Positions 19,354-28,933 of a stretch of DNA of 64,000 nt are shown piece after piece. The position numbers and the translations under genes were made by a program. This DNA comes from Rhodospirillaceae bacterium. Its GTDB lineage: Bacteria; Pseudomonadota; Alphaproteobacteria; Rhodospirillales; Rhodospirillaceae. Each line of letters starts with the position of its first letter. Position 1 is the stretch's first letter. The DNA lies in assembly GCA_965228575.1 (NCBI GenBank), contig CBDDHW010000007.1, forward strand, positions 6,076 to 70,075. Reading direction: 5' to 3'. The notes beneath the pieces were generated by a model. It searched no databases. It saw only the letters and a list, made by a program, of their open reading frames with translations, and was not told where the DNA came from.

Positions 19354-21969
19354 TCACTGCCCCTGTTTGACGCTTGGCTTTGGCGGTCGCCCCAACATCG
19401 CGGTTAGAACAACGAGCGTTGCGATCAGTGTGTACGCCATGGCGATGGTCAGAAGAATGCCCATGCTTGCCGTACCGATGTGCGTGGACAGTGCAAGACT
19501 TCCAAATGCGGCTGTGGTGGTTAGGGCGCTAAACACCATAGCTCGCCCGGCTGGGGCAGCTAATAGAGTCTCCTCGCCAGCGCGCCATGCGGTCACAAAG
19601 TAAATCGGATACGCAACGCCCACACCGAGGAGTAGGGGCAAGGCGATCACATTTGCAAAGTTCAAAGGCAAACCAATCGCCGCACAGGTGCCCAACGTTA
19701 AAAGGGCGGCGAGAATCATCGGGGTGAGAACACGAATGACATCCAGAATCCGGCGCATCACCAGAGCAAGAAGAATCGTGATGGCGATGACCGCGAAAAT
19801 CGCGGCAGATGCAAAAGCGCGGGTCACCAAGGCCCCGGTTTCGTAGATGACAACAGGATCGCCGATCGCACTTGGTGCAATTGTGCGCACGGCGTGAACA
19901 AAACGCGCGAGTGTTTCGATATCTGGTGAAAGATCTGCGGGCGCGATTTGTATGCGATATCGTCCATCGCGGGCGATAAAGCTGCTGCGCAATTCTTCAG
20001 GTAGGCCGCTTAAGGTCACGCGTTCAGCATTGAGTGCCGTTTGTAGGGGTGAAAGCGCAGCATCAAAGCCATTAAGGAATGCGTTTGAGAGAACCTCCAG
20101 GGTCGCATCGTCGGCGTCCGTTGCTACTCGTGTGAGAAGCGGTGCGAGGCGCTCGGCGGTTTGCTGCAAGTCTCCGGCCGCATATTCAGAGGAAAGATAC
20201 GTTTGGATCGCGCTTTCAGCGCCCGCAGCGGCGGTGCGAAGGTCGTCCGGCGTTGGTGCAACCGATGCTCCAGGCTCGAGGGTCGGCCCCAGGATTAAGT
20301 ACAAATCGTCGAGAATGGTCAGCTTTTCGTCCTGGTGGGCGGGAACAAGATCGAAAACCGTAATCGTATGGCTGACCTCCGAGAGTGCGGCAAGACGCTC
20401 GGCAAGCGGGCCCACATCGTTCTCGTCTTCCACCAAGACATTTAGTGTATTTGGATTGATCAAGGGATCACTCATAAGATCAAGAGCGGTTGCCATTGAT
20501 TCTGATTTCGGATCTTTCAATTTCAATGGATCGAAATCGAACGCAAGGCGCGGTAGAGCAGACGCCGCACCAAGTGCGCACATGAGCGCAAGGCTCAGCA
20601 CAACGGTGCGCCGGTCAATAAGTGCGCGATTGAACGGCGCAGCCCAGGTGTAGCCAATGTGCTCTGTCTCACCTTTCGGGCGCACAAGAGATAGCAGGGC
20701 CGGAAGGGCAGTGAAGTTGAGCGCCAGCGCAATAAGCATACCGCCTCCGGCGATAACGCCTAGTTGCGAAACGCCCCGGTATTCGGTGGGTAAGAACGAG
20801 AAGAACCCTATCGCCGTGGCCGCCGCCGCAAGACTCAAGGGCCGCGCCATCAGTGCGCCTGTAGCGTCGAGCGCGCGGCCCTGACCTTCAGGGGTTTGGG
20901 ATTCAGTGAAAAGCTCAGCGCGATAGCGGGTGCAAAATTGAATGCTAAAATCCACGCCAAGGCCAACAAACATGATCGCGAACGCAACAGAGATGAGATT
21001 AAGCTCCCCCACTGACAAGGTCGCCCATCCCATTGTGATAATTAAACCCACCACAAGCGTTACTGCGGACACTCCGACAACCCGGCCCGAGCCGAGGGCC
21101 ATAAACAATAAGAGTGTCACCAAGGCCAAAGCGATGAGTCCGGCTAGACCGGTTCCCTCCGCCACAGTTACGAACTCGTCATCGTTTAAGGGAATTTGTC
21201 CAGTTAAGCGCACCCGGTAGCCAGCCTCCGGCGTAAGTCCGAGGTCCTGTGCGGCGGTGCGGATCGTACGTGCAGCGACTTCGCCTTGTTGAAGTGCGGC
21301 AATATCCAAAATCGGTTTCGTGACGACGAGTGCACGGGAAGGTTGATCGGGCGCAAGAGCCGCGAACAGATCATGCCAGTTCATTTGCGCGTCAGCGCCG
21401 GCCAGGGACTTATCAATGACATCTGCCGCTTGATCAGCCGTGTTTGAAAATGCGCTGACGCCATCTTCTCCGTGCGCGGCAGCCGTATAAACCAAGTCGA
21501 ATAGACGAAACATTCCCCGCGCATTTCGGTCCGTTGCGATCGCGCCCAATAGCGGTTGCGCCGCGGCGAGATCCGCTGCCAAAGAATCGAGCTCTTCAAC
21601 AGACAGATACAACAGCCCGTTTTGATCGAAAAATTCCCCGCCTGCTGGGTTGCGTACAGACTCAAAGATATCTGAATGCATTTCTAAAGCTGTAGTCAGA
21701 CGCGAAGCTGCGGCCTGCGTTTCTCTCGCCGATGGTCCGTCGATGACCGCAATGGTTAGGTCGTAGTCGTTGGGAAACTGGGTTTCGAATTCGCGTTCGG
21801 CCACCCGGAACGAAAGGTCGCGGTCAAAAAGAGCCCGCGTGTCGGTGTTAAACGTCAGCTCGCGTGCAATGCCAAGACACGCAAGGACGATAATAATGGT
21901 AGTCACGGCCAGAACGCTGAGAGGTCGCCGCCGACTAAAAGTTACAAGGGTTCTAGCGAACGTATTCAC
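19354..21969 (-). CDS. hpnN: MMPL/RND-superfamily transporter, HpnN-like (hopanoid transporter)
   Basis: 871 aa with two 6-TM bundles each preceded by a large periplasmic loop. The size and architecture match HpnN, and the hopanoid operon and an MlaC/HpnM-like gene are in the same window. Confidence 0.7.
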   Translation of the reverse strand: MNTFARTLVTFSRRRPLSVLAVTTIIIVLACLGIARELTFNTDTRALFDRDLSFRVAEREFETQFPNDYDLTIAVIDGPSARETQAAASRLTTALEMHSDIFESVRNPAGGEFFDQNGLLYLSVEELDSLAADLAAAQPLLGAIATDRNARGMFRLFDLVYTAAAHGEDGVSAFSNTADQAADVIDKSLAGADAQMNWHDLFAALAPDQPSRALVVTKPILDIAALQQGEVAARTIRTAAQDLGLTPEAGYRVRLTGQIPLNDDEFVTVAEGTGLAGLIALALVTLLLFMALGSGRVVGVSAVTLVVGLIITMGWATLSVGELNLISVAFAIMFVGLGVDFSIQFCTRYRAELFTESQTPEGQGRALDATGALMARPLSLAAAATAIGFFSFLPTEYRGVSQLGVIAGGGMLIALALNFTALPALLSLVRPKGETEHIGYTWAAPFNRALIDRRTVVLSLALMCALGAASALPRLAFDFDPLKLKDPKSESMATALDLMSDPLINPNTLNVLVEDENDVGPLAERLAALSEVSHTITVFDLVPAHQDEKLTILDDLYLILGPTLEPGASVAPTPDDLRTAAAGAESAIQTYLSSEYAAGDLQQTAERLAPLLTRVATDADDATLEVLSNAFLNGFDAALSPLQTALNAERVTLSGLPEELRSSFIARDGRYRIQIAPADLSPDIETLARFVHAVRTIAPSAIGDPVVIYETGALVTRAFASAAIFAVIAITILLALVMRRILDVIRVLTPMILAALLTLGTCAAIGLPLNFANVIALPLLLGVGVAYPIYFVTAWRAGEETLLAAPAGRAMVFSALTTTAAFGSLALSTHIGTASMGILLTIAMAYTLIATLVVLTAMLGRPPKPSVKQGQ

Positions 21970-22115
21970 GATGGTTCCGGGCGTCTAAGAAACGGGCGAT
22001 TGGTCATTCTACAAAAGTGTAGTCACTAGGTCTTAATTGCTGGTGTCGCCTTTTACCTATTAGTGAGGTTATAATATACCTCTATCGAATTCGGAGAGGT
22101 TTTAGGGAGTTAAAG

Positions 22116-22670
22116 ATGCGCGCGCACAGTGTCTTGGCGGTGTTGGCAGTGATCGTTCTTATTGGAATTGGTCTTGCTCTTGCTTATATCGCCCGGCCAG
22201 GTTCGAAAACCTACGTCTCCTCGAGGGGACCTGAACGCTTAAACGCATGTGATATGCTCGAGGCTGCCGATGTGGAGCGCGTTATTGGTGTCCCCGTGCG
22301 AACGGCTGAGCGTCGCGATGATGGAATGACGAAAGATGGTGCGTATTCGTCCACATGTTTCTGGGGAACGACAGAGGTTCCGGAGATGGGTGGAACGTAT
22401 GCAATCCTCAACGCGATGGCGTGGCCTGCGGGGAGCGGCGGCGGAAAACACTTCCTGGAAGAATTTTATCACGCGGCTGACGCGCACGTAATTCCCAGCC
22501 AACCAGAGCCCCTATCGTATGGAGATGAGTCGCTATATTGGGGTGACGGCGTGGCTGTGTTGGTGGGCGATATAAGTTTTGGGATTTCTGTGCGTCATTC
22601 TAGCCCCGACCGATCCATCCGCCGCATTATGGAAGAAATGCTGGCGAAGAAAATTCTTGAGAATCTATAA
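22116..22670 (+). CDS. Hypothetical signal-anchored/exported protein
   Basis: 184 aa with an N-terminal hydrophobic helix and no recognisable motif. GGAG-rich region upstream and a strong terminator downstream. Confidence 0.5.
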   Translation: MRAHSVLAVLAVIVLIGIGLALAYIARPGSKTYVSSRGPERLNACDMLEAADVERVIGVPVRTAERRDDGMTKDGAYSSTCFWGTTEVPEMGGTYAILNAMAWPAGSGGGKHFLEEFYHAADAHVIPSQPEPLSYGDESLYWGDGVAVLVGDISFGISVRHSSPDRSIRRIMEEMLAKKILENL

Positions 22671-22708
22671 AAAAACAGCGGTCCGCTTTTTGAGCGAACC
22701 GCTGTTTT
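22671..22708. terminator. Bidirectional intrinsic terminator between convergent genes
   Basis: A5 tract, then perfect 8-bp stem acagcggt (22675-22682) / accgctgt (22698-22705), then T4. Serves the 22116 gene (+) and cspA (-). Confidence 0.7.
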
Positions 22709-22743
22709 GAGAATTAAGTGGCGCAGTTTCCCGCACTAAATTT

Positions 22744-22947
22744 TTATTGAGCTTTAAGATTGTCGGCCGCGGTTTTGCCGCGTTCGGTGACTTCTTCATA
22801 GCTGATCGACTGTCCTTCCGTTAACGTGTCCATACCCGCACGTTCAACGGCTGTGATGTGAACAAACACATCCTTACCTCCATCCGCTGGCTGGATGAAG
22901 CCGTATCCTTTAACTTTGTTAAACCATTTCACAGTTCCAGTAGCCAT
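22744..22947 (-). CDS. cspA: Cold-shock protein (CspA family)
   Basis: MATGTVKWFNKVKGYGFIQPADGGKDVFVHITAV... with RNP1/RNP2 motifs. The start is internal to the 105-aa ORF. Confidence 0.9.
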   Translation of the reverse strand: MATGTVKWFNKVKGYGFIQPADGGKDVFVHITAVERAGMDTLTEGQSISYEEVTERGKTAADNLKAQ

Positions 22948-23349
22948 ACCTTGGTCTCCGTAGATGCACTCAACGACGCGTTCGACCGCGCACCCGCCGC
23001 GCGGCAAAAAAGAGTTTTGAATGTCTTGAAAAGTTGTCCCCCAGGGTAGGCCGGGACCCAATGACTGGCGGCATTTCAGGCAAGATCAGGGCCAAAACTC
23101 AATTGCGGGGTAATCAAAAAGGTGGGGCCGTGGGGAGTCAAGGAATTTTGGGAATTCCTTGGGGAAATTGGCCTCTGAGTGGCTCACATATGTCCTTTTC
23201 ACCAAATAATGACGTCCGCAACGTTCACAGGTGGGATCGGGTGGTCTCAATGTCGTGTTTTGGAGTCGCCAGGTCTCTTGCTCGAGCCGGAGTCGGATGC
23301 CGACAGCCCCGCCATGGAGCCGACACGTTAGGTCTGTCATGATGGTGCA

Positions 23350-24477
23350 ATGAGCAGCGAAAAAATCCTTCATCTCTTTGATATCGAAACGTCCGGAAAA
23401 AAGGTTCCGATCTCGGATCTTGGCACGAGTGACGATCAGTTCGCCTATGCTCTGGTGGATGGCTGTCCGCCGTTAGAATTAACCGCTCCCGTGTTCTTAA
23501 ACCGCCCGGAGTTTGCCGACGTTTTTCCGCATGGCGCAACGCATCGTCATACACCAATGGTTTGTGCCGTGAAAAATTGTCTGCTCATGGGACCATTCGG
23601 GTACGTTGTTTTACCCACCGGCATGCTCGTTCGCCAGTCAGCCGTGAATCTTGATGGGGCGTCGTTGGAATACACGTTTGGCCATTTCAAAGGACAACTC
23701 CCAGGCAAACATATTCCCTGGGCCCAAACGCATGACCCGATTTTTTCGGTCAATAGTTATTCATCCAACAACTATTTCCACCTCCTAATTGACTCGCTCG
23801 GGCATATGCATTGGCGGGACAAGGTGCCAGCTGCTGAGCGCGCGAAAGTCATCGTCAGTGGGTATGCCGAGCAGGCTGAGCGTATTCAGGGTTTTATGGG
23901 TGCTGCCATTCGCAAGGCGGGACTAACGCCCGACCAACTTTATCCGTTCGATGGAACTTTATTGTTTTGCCGCAATGTGATTTTCCCGCGGCGGGATACC
24001 GGCGCGAACCCGCAAAAAGTCAATTGGTTGCGCCAACGCTTTGGGGTCGATGGGCGGCCGCGCGGAGATGCACGTATCTATGTCGCGCGCGGTGCCGCAC
24101 CGCGCCGCCGCGTCACAAACGAATTCGAGGTTGAAAAACTTCTCGCGAAGCACGGGTTTCAATCCGTCAATCCGGGTGTGTTGAGCGTAGATGAGCAAGT
24201 TGAATTGTTTGCGGGCGCGTCCATTGTTGTCGGTCCACATGGCGCGGGATTAACAAATGCCATCTTCATGGCGCCCGGCGGCGCAGTCGTGGAACTCACT
24301 CATACCATGCGAGTGGTTTGGACCTACCATGAAGTCGCGTGCGCGGCGGGTCATGCGTACGCGTGCGTAATCGGGGAGTTTGCTGGCGAGTCTGATGAAC
24401 CGTTGTTTGGCGATCTCGACGTCGATCTTGACGCGCTGGACGCTGCGGTAGCGGAGGCGATTAAAGCTGTCGGATAG
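23350..24477 (+). CDS. DUF563 / GT61-like glycosyltransferase
   Basis: 375 aa with C-terminal IVVGPHGAGLTNAIFMAPGGAVVEL, typical of DUF563. Confidence 0.65.
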   Translation: MSSEKILHLFDIETSGKKVPISDLGTSDDQFAYALVDGCPPLELTAPVFLNRPEFADVFPHGATHRHTPMVCAVKNCLLMGPFGYVVLPTGMLVRQSAVNLDGASLEYTFGHFKGQLPGKHIPWAQTHDPIFSVNSYSSNNYFHLLIDSLGHMHWRDKVPAAERAKVIVSGYAEQAERIQGFMGAAIRKAGLTPDQLYPFDGTLLFCRNVIFPRRDTGANPQKVNWLRQRFGVDGRPRGDARIYVARGAAPRRRVTNEFEVEKLLAKHGFQSVNPGVLSVDEQVELFAGASIVVGPHGAGLTNAIFMAPGGAVVELTHTMRVVWTYHEVACAAGHAYACVIGEFAGESDEPLFGDLDVDLDALDAAVAEAIKAVG

Positions 24478-24497
24478 AGTGTGCCGACATTGGCACG

Positions 24498-25394
24498 TTA
24501 TTTGTCCGGCAATGGAATGAACTCGTCTTCGTCCGGCGGTAATCGAAAGCGGCCCTGCCAATTTTGCTCGGGCGCAGTCGCCCAATCGGCCTTTGCTTTG
24601 TCCATGAGATCTTCAGTGCTCGCGACAAAATTCCACCACATCAAACGAGGCCCGCCATCAAGCGGGGCGCCGCCCAGTAGCATGAGACACGCGGCCTCTG
24701 TACATCTGATTTCAACGTCCTTGCCTTCAGCCAACACACCCATCTGCATGGCATCGAGACGTGTACCGTCGACGGTGATTTCCCCGCTTACGACATAAAC
24801 GGCACGTTCTGGATGCTCTGCAGGAAGTTTAACGCTGGCGCCGGCGTTTAGAACGGCATGGACATAAAGTGTTTCGCTGAGAACATTCACCGGAGATGTT
24901 TCACCAAAGGCTGTTCCAGCGATGATTTTTAGATGCGCGCCTGAGTCGGTGATTTCGGGCAGCGAAGTGCTCGGATGATGAACGAATTTCGGTTCGGTTT
25001 CTTCATCCGATTTCGGCAGGCCGATCCAGGATTGAATACCGTGCAGAGTGTGCCCGGCTGCTCGTGTCTCTGGTCCGGTGCGTTCCGAATGCACAATACC
25101 TTTACCCGCGACCATCCAATTGACGTCTCCAGGGCGGATATCCTGAACCGAGCCCAAGCTGTCTTTGTGCGAGATTTCACCATCGAAAAGATAAGTGACG
25201 GTCGCAAGGCCAATATGCGGATGGGGGCGTACGTCGATGCCCTTTCCGGGCGCGAAATCCGCCGGCCCCATATGATCGAAAAAAACAAAGGGGCCAACAC
25301 TCCGTCGCTCTGTATATGGAAGCACGCGGGAGACTTCGAAGCCGCCAAGGTCTCGCCGCCGGGGGCTGATGATGAGAGACACGGTTTCGCTCAC
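24498..25394 (-). CDS. Pirin family protein (bicupin)
   Basis: 298 aa with RPHPHIGLATVTYLFDGEISHKDSLG and a second cupin domain. Confidence 0.9.
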   Translation of the reverse strand: MSETVSLIISPRRRDLGGFEVSRVLPYTERRSVGPFVFFDHMGPADFAPGKGIDVRPHPHIGLATVTYLFDGEISHKDSLGSVQDIRPGDVNWMVAGKGIVHSERTGPETRAAGHTLHGIQSWIGLPKSDEETEPKFVHHPSTSLPEITDSGAHLKIIAGTAFGETSPVNVLSETLYVHAVLNAGASVKLPAEHPERAVYVVSGEITVDGTRLDAMQMGVLAEGKDVEIRCTEAACLMLLGGAPLDGGPRLMWWNFVASTEDLMDKAKADWATAPEQNWQGRFRLPPDEDEFIPLPDK

Positions 25395-25488
25395 GCTTTA
25401 CGTCCTCCGAAAGACTCGTGTTTTCTGGGGTCAATGCATATTTAATTTCGAGTCAACGTAAGGACTCAGTGTTTAAAAGCAAGACGGC

Positions 25489-26883
25489 CTATGCGATCTG
25501 CTCGGCTGAGGTGTTCGGACGAGAGGGTAGGACCCGCTCGGAGGGAAGATAGAGTGTTATGGTTGTGCCGGTTCCGCGTTCACTGCTTAAGGACAACGAG
25601 CCATCATGAAGCTTCATAAGTTGATCGGAAAGCGGTAAGCCAAGTCCTGTTCCTTGCGTTCTGCGCCGCTCGGCCTCTCGGCTTTGGACGAAGGGTTTGA
25701 GTACTTCTTTAAGCTCGTCCTCGTCGATGCCGATCCCGGTGTCAGTGACGCGAATGACGATACCGCTGTCGTTGGCTTTGCGTCCCTCTATGCGGATACG
25801 TCCGCCAGCCGGCGTGAACTTCACCGCATTGGACAAGACATTCAAGAGCACCTGGTCCAACTTGCGCCGGTCTACCAGGACGTCCGGAATTCCGGGCTCG
25901 ATTGATGTTTCAAGCTTCAATTGGGCGTCGTCGATCGCGTGGCGCATGAGGACCACGGCTTGGTCGACAAGAGACTCAACGGTGACAGCTTCATTGTCCA
26001 ACTCAACGCGCCCGGCTTCGACTTTAGAGAGGTCAAGGATGTCGTTGATGATGCCGACGAGATGTTGTCCGCTTTCGTGAATCGATCTCGCAAAGTCTAT
26101 GTATTGCGGATTGCCTACCGGGCCCTTGAATTGGCTGTGAATGACCTCCGAAAAGCCGATGATGGCATTGAGCGGGGTCCGTAACTCGTGGCTCATGTTG
26201 GCGAGAAAACGCGACTTCGCCCGGTTGGCGGCTTCCGCTTTTATGGCGAGTTCAGCGTTTTGCATTCTCAGCCGAACACCTTCCACGAAATTGCGATACC
26301 CGAACCGTGCGGATGCGGCCAAAAAAGAAAAGTATATGACCGCGAAGATCATGACCGCTGCAGGAACCAAGCCGTCGTGGGTGGCGATAAAAATCCACGG
26401 CGGAAGGACGCATAGCGACAAAAACGCAAATAATGCGGCTGGAATGTTGTGGAGCATAATCGTACCGCCGGCGGCCATGCCCGCTAAGACCATTACAATG
26501 AGCAAATTCACTTCGGCTGACGGAGAGGCCGCGAGCAGGGCGGTGTTGAATACCCCCCAGAGTGTGCCCAGGCCCAAAGCCCAGACGACAATGCGCGTAA
26601 TTGTCCGATCAGTAACCTTGGACGGGCGCTCACGTTTTCTGTGATGCCACCATTCGTAAAACTGGCGAAACGCGGCGGCTTGAAAAATTATTCCCATAGC
26701 GCCGAGGACCCATTGGTTGAGATAGGGCCAGGCTGCGAAAATCAGTACGGCAGAGTTTATGGAATGGGCGAGGGCAGCGAGTGGCTGGTGGCGTGCCATC
26801 GTTACGAGGCGTTCAATGTTTATTTCGCGCTCAATCTCCGGCGACAGGGCCGGTTTCAGCCAAAGAGCGTGCCAGCGAGCCAT
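25489..26883 (-). CDS. Membrane sensor histidine kinase (HisKA + HATPase_c), no cognate regulator adjacent
   Basis: H-box FLANMSHELRTPLNAIIGFSE, N/G boxes LLNVLSNAVKFTP and DTGIGI..GTGLGL, and about 5 TM helices at the N-terminus. Probable start at MARWHALW. Confidence 0.85.
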   Translation of the reverse strand: MARWHALWLKPALSPEIEREINIERLVTMARHQPLAALAHSINSAVLIFAAWPYLNQWVLGAMGIIFQAAAFRQFYEWWHHRKRERPSKVTDRTITRIVVWALGLGTLWGVFNTALLAASPSAEVNLLIVMVLAGMAAGGTIMLHNIPAALFAFLSLCVLPPWIFIATHDGLVPAAVMIFAVIYFSFLAASARFGYRNFVEGVRLRMQNAELAIKAEAANRAKSRFLANMSHELRTPLNAIIGFSEVIHSQFKGPVGNPQYIDFARSIHESGQHLVGIINDILDLSKVEAGRVELDNEAVTVESLVDQAVVLMRHAIDDAQLKLETSIEPGIPDVLVDRRKLDQVLLNVLSNAVKFTPAGGRIRIEGRKANDSGIVIRVTDTGIGIDEDELKEVLKPFVQSREAERRRTQGTGLGLPLSDQLMKLHDGSLSLSSERGTGTTITLYLPSERVLPSRPNTSAEQIA

Positions 26884-27079
26884 TGTTGTCCTGCGAGTAA
26901 GGGTATGCACAAGCAAGCGGCGTGCTATAGCATGCAGTTAATAGGAGTTTGGTGGTCCACTCAACTATAAGTTCAGAGGCTGGAGGGTAGTCCGCGTATC
27001 AGGCGCAGCCCCCGAGCCTTTTTAGACTACCGAGAGCAGGCAGAACACGCGCTGAAGGCGGGGAATAAGGGCGCTCACT

Positions 27080-27481
27080 ATGACAAAAAGCATATCGGTA
27101 TCTCGCATTTCGACCCTGATTCTCACGGCTGCGACTCATGTTCTCATTTTTATCTCGATGGGAAATATGTTGCGGGACGGCCTGGCAATGGCTGCCGCGT
27201 ACTTCGTTGGTTTCGTTTTGCTCGGTGCGTGGGCGTCTGGCCCCTACGTACTGTCCCACTGGCGCGCGGCTCTTGTGTCTAACTGGTCGAGGGTGTGGAT
27301 TTTTCCAGCGCTTTCAGTGCTGAGTGCCGTGGTTGCGATCGCGATTTATTACGACGCCGTGCTCATCGAGCCTTTAGATGCCCAGGCCTCAATCGTGTTC
27401 GCGGTTATTCCCGTATACCAGTACATCTTGATTGTGGCCGCCGCCGCGATGGCGAGCTGGCTTAGGCGGCGCAGCTCGTAG
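27080..27481 (+). CDS. Hypothetical 4-TM membrane protein
   Basis: 133 aa, hydrophobic throughout, with no motif recognised. Confidence 0.4.
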   Translation: MTKSISVSRISTLILTAATHVLIFISMGNMLRDGLAMAAAYFVGFVLLGAWASGPYVLSHWRAALVSNWSRVWIFPALSVLSAVVAIAIYYDAVLIEPLDAQASIVFAVIPVYQYILIVAAAAMASWLRRRSS

Positions 27482-27499
27482 GGAAAAGCGAGGCAGCGA

Positions 27500-28933
27500 T
27501 CAGATCGCCGTACCTCCGACCGTCAATTGTTCGATTTTCAACGTGGGCTGACCGACCCCCACCGGCACGCCTTGCCCCTCTTTGCCGCAGGTACCGATAC
27601 CTGGGTCGAGCTTCATGTCATCTCCGATCATCGATACCTTGGTTAGAACGTCAGGACCGTTTCCAATAAGGGTTGCGCCCTTAACCGGCTTTGTCACCTT
27701 GCCGTCCTCGATAAGATAGGCCTCGGTTGCCGAGAACACGAACTTGCCCGATGTAATATCGACTTGGCCGCCGCCAAAGTTGACGGCGTAGAGTCCTTTT
27801 TTCACCGAACGGATAATGTCGTCGGGGGGCGCGTCGCCTCCAAGCATGAACGTGTTGGTCATGCGCGGCATGGGGTGATGAGCATGAGATTCGCGCCGGC
27901 CGTTTCCTGTCGGGCGCATACCCATGAGGCGGGCATTCAGCCGGTCTTGCAAGTATCCGGTTAGAATTCCGTCTTCGATCAAGACGGTTTTTGACGTTGG
28001 GGTACCTTCGTCATCGATGGTGAGAGACCCGCGGCGGTCGGTAAAGGTTCCGTCATCGATAACGCTCACGCCTTTGGCTGCAACCTGCTTTCCCATCAGC
28101 TCGGAGAACGCCGATGTTTTTTTGCGATTGAAGTCGCCTTCCAGGCCGTGACCTACGGCTTCATGCAGTAAGATGCCCGGCCAGCCGGGGCCGAGCACGA
28201 CCGGCATCTCGCCGCCCGGCGCATCCACCGACTCAAGGTTGACCAAGGCTTGCCGCAGCGCCTCATCAATTGCTGTTTTCCATGTTTCAGGCTTGAGGAA
28301 GTCTTCGTAGGTGGTGCGTCCGCCGGTGCCGTAGTTCCCTGATTCCAGCCGCGTGCCGTCACCGACCACGACGCTGACATTGAGCCTCACTAAAGGGCGG
28401 ATGTCGGCGGCCGCCTCGGCATCGCGGCGCACGATATGAACAGCTTGCCACGAGCCGGCGAGGGATGCGGTGACTTGTTTGACGCGGGGATCTTTCGCGC
28501 GGGCGTAGGCATCAATCTCGGCTAGGGTTTCGACTTTGACATCGAACGGGACCAGGGGAAGCGGATTTGCGTCGGTGTAAAGGTGTTGGTTGGTCCCCAT
28601 TGGAGGTTCGGCCGCGGTTCCACCGCTTCCCGACCGCACGGCCTTGACCGTGTCGGCGGCGCGGGCAATCGCCTGCTCATCCAAGTTTGAGGCGTGCGCA
28701 AACCCAGTCGTCTCGCCTGCGATCGCCCGCAGCCCGAATCCCTGTGAGGTATCGAAGGACGCGCTCTTAACTTTGCCGTCGTCGAACAGAAAGCTCTCCG
28801 ATTGGCAGTACTCCATAAACAGCTCGCCGTCGTCGCACCCGTGAAGGGCGTCCGAGACAATGCCATCGACGGCTGATTTATCCATGCCGGTTTTGTCGAA
28901 AAACAAAGACTCTGTGACCTTAAGATCGGCCAT
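27500..28933 (-). CDS. tldD: Metalloprotease TldD
   Basis: 477 aa with HEAVGHGLEGDFNRK and a conserved C-terminus GTCGKEGQGVPVG. Confidence 0.9.
   Translation of the reverse strand: MADLKVTESLFFDKTGMDKSAVDGIVSDALHGCDDGELFMEYCQSESFLFDDGKVKSASFDTSQGFGLRAIAGETTGFAHASNLDEQAIARAADTVKAVRSGSGGTAAEPPMGTNQHLYTDANPLPLVPFDVKVETLAEIDAYARAKDPRVKQVTASLAGSWQAVHIVRRDAEAAADIRPLVRLNVSVVVGDGTRLESGNYGTGGRTTYEDFLKPETWKTAIDEALRQALVNLESVDAPGGEMPVVLGPGWPGILLHEAVGHGLEGDFNRKKTSAFSELMGKQVAAKGVSVIDDGTFTDRRGSLTIDDEGTPTSKTVLIEDGILTGYLQDRLNARLMGMRPTGNGRRESHAHHPMPRMTNTFMLGGDAPPDDIIRSVKKGLYAVNFGGGQVDITSGKFVFSATEAYLIEDGKVTKPVKGATLIGNGPDVLTKVSMIGDDMKLDPGIGTCGKEGQGVPVGVGQPTLKIEQLTVGGTAI

Noticed and set aside
19952-20653. 233-aa plus-strand ORF inside the hpnN-like gene, and similar Arg/Ser/Ala-rich ORFs opposite many other genes (for example 15795-16292 and 7958-8488)
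   Set aside because: Their composition (R/S/A/P-rich) and their position opposite well-supported genes indicate non-coding shadow frames.
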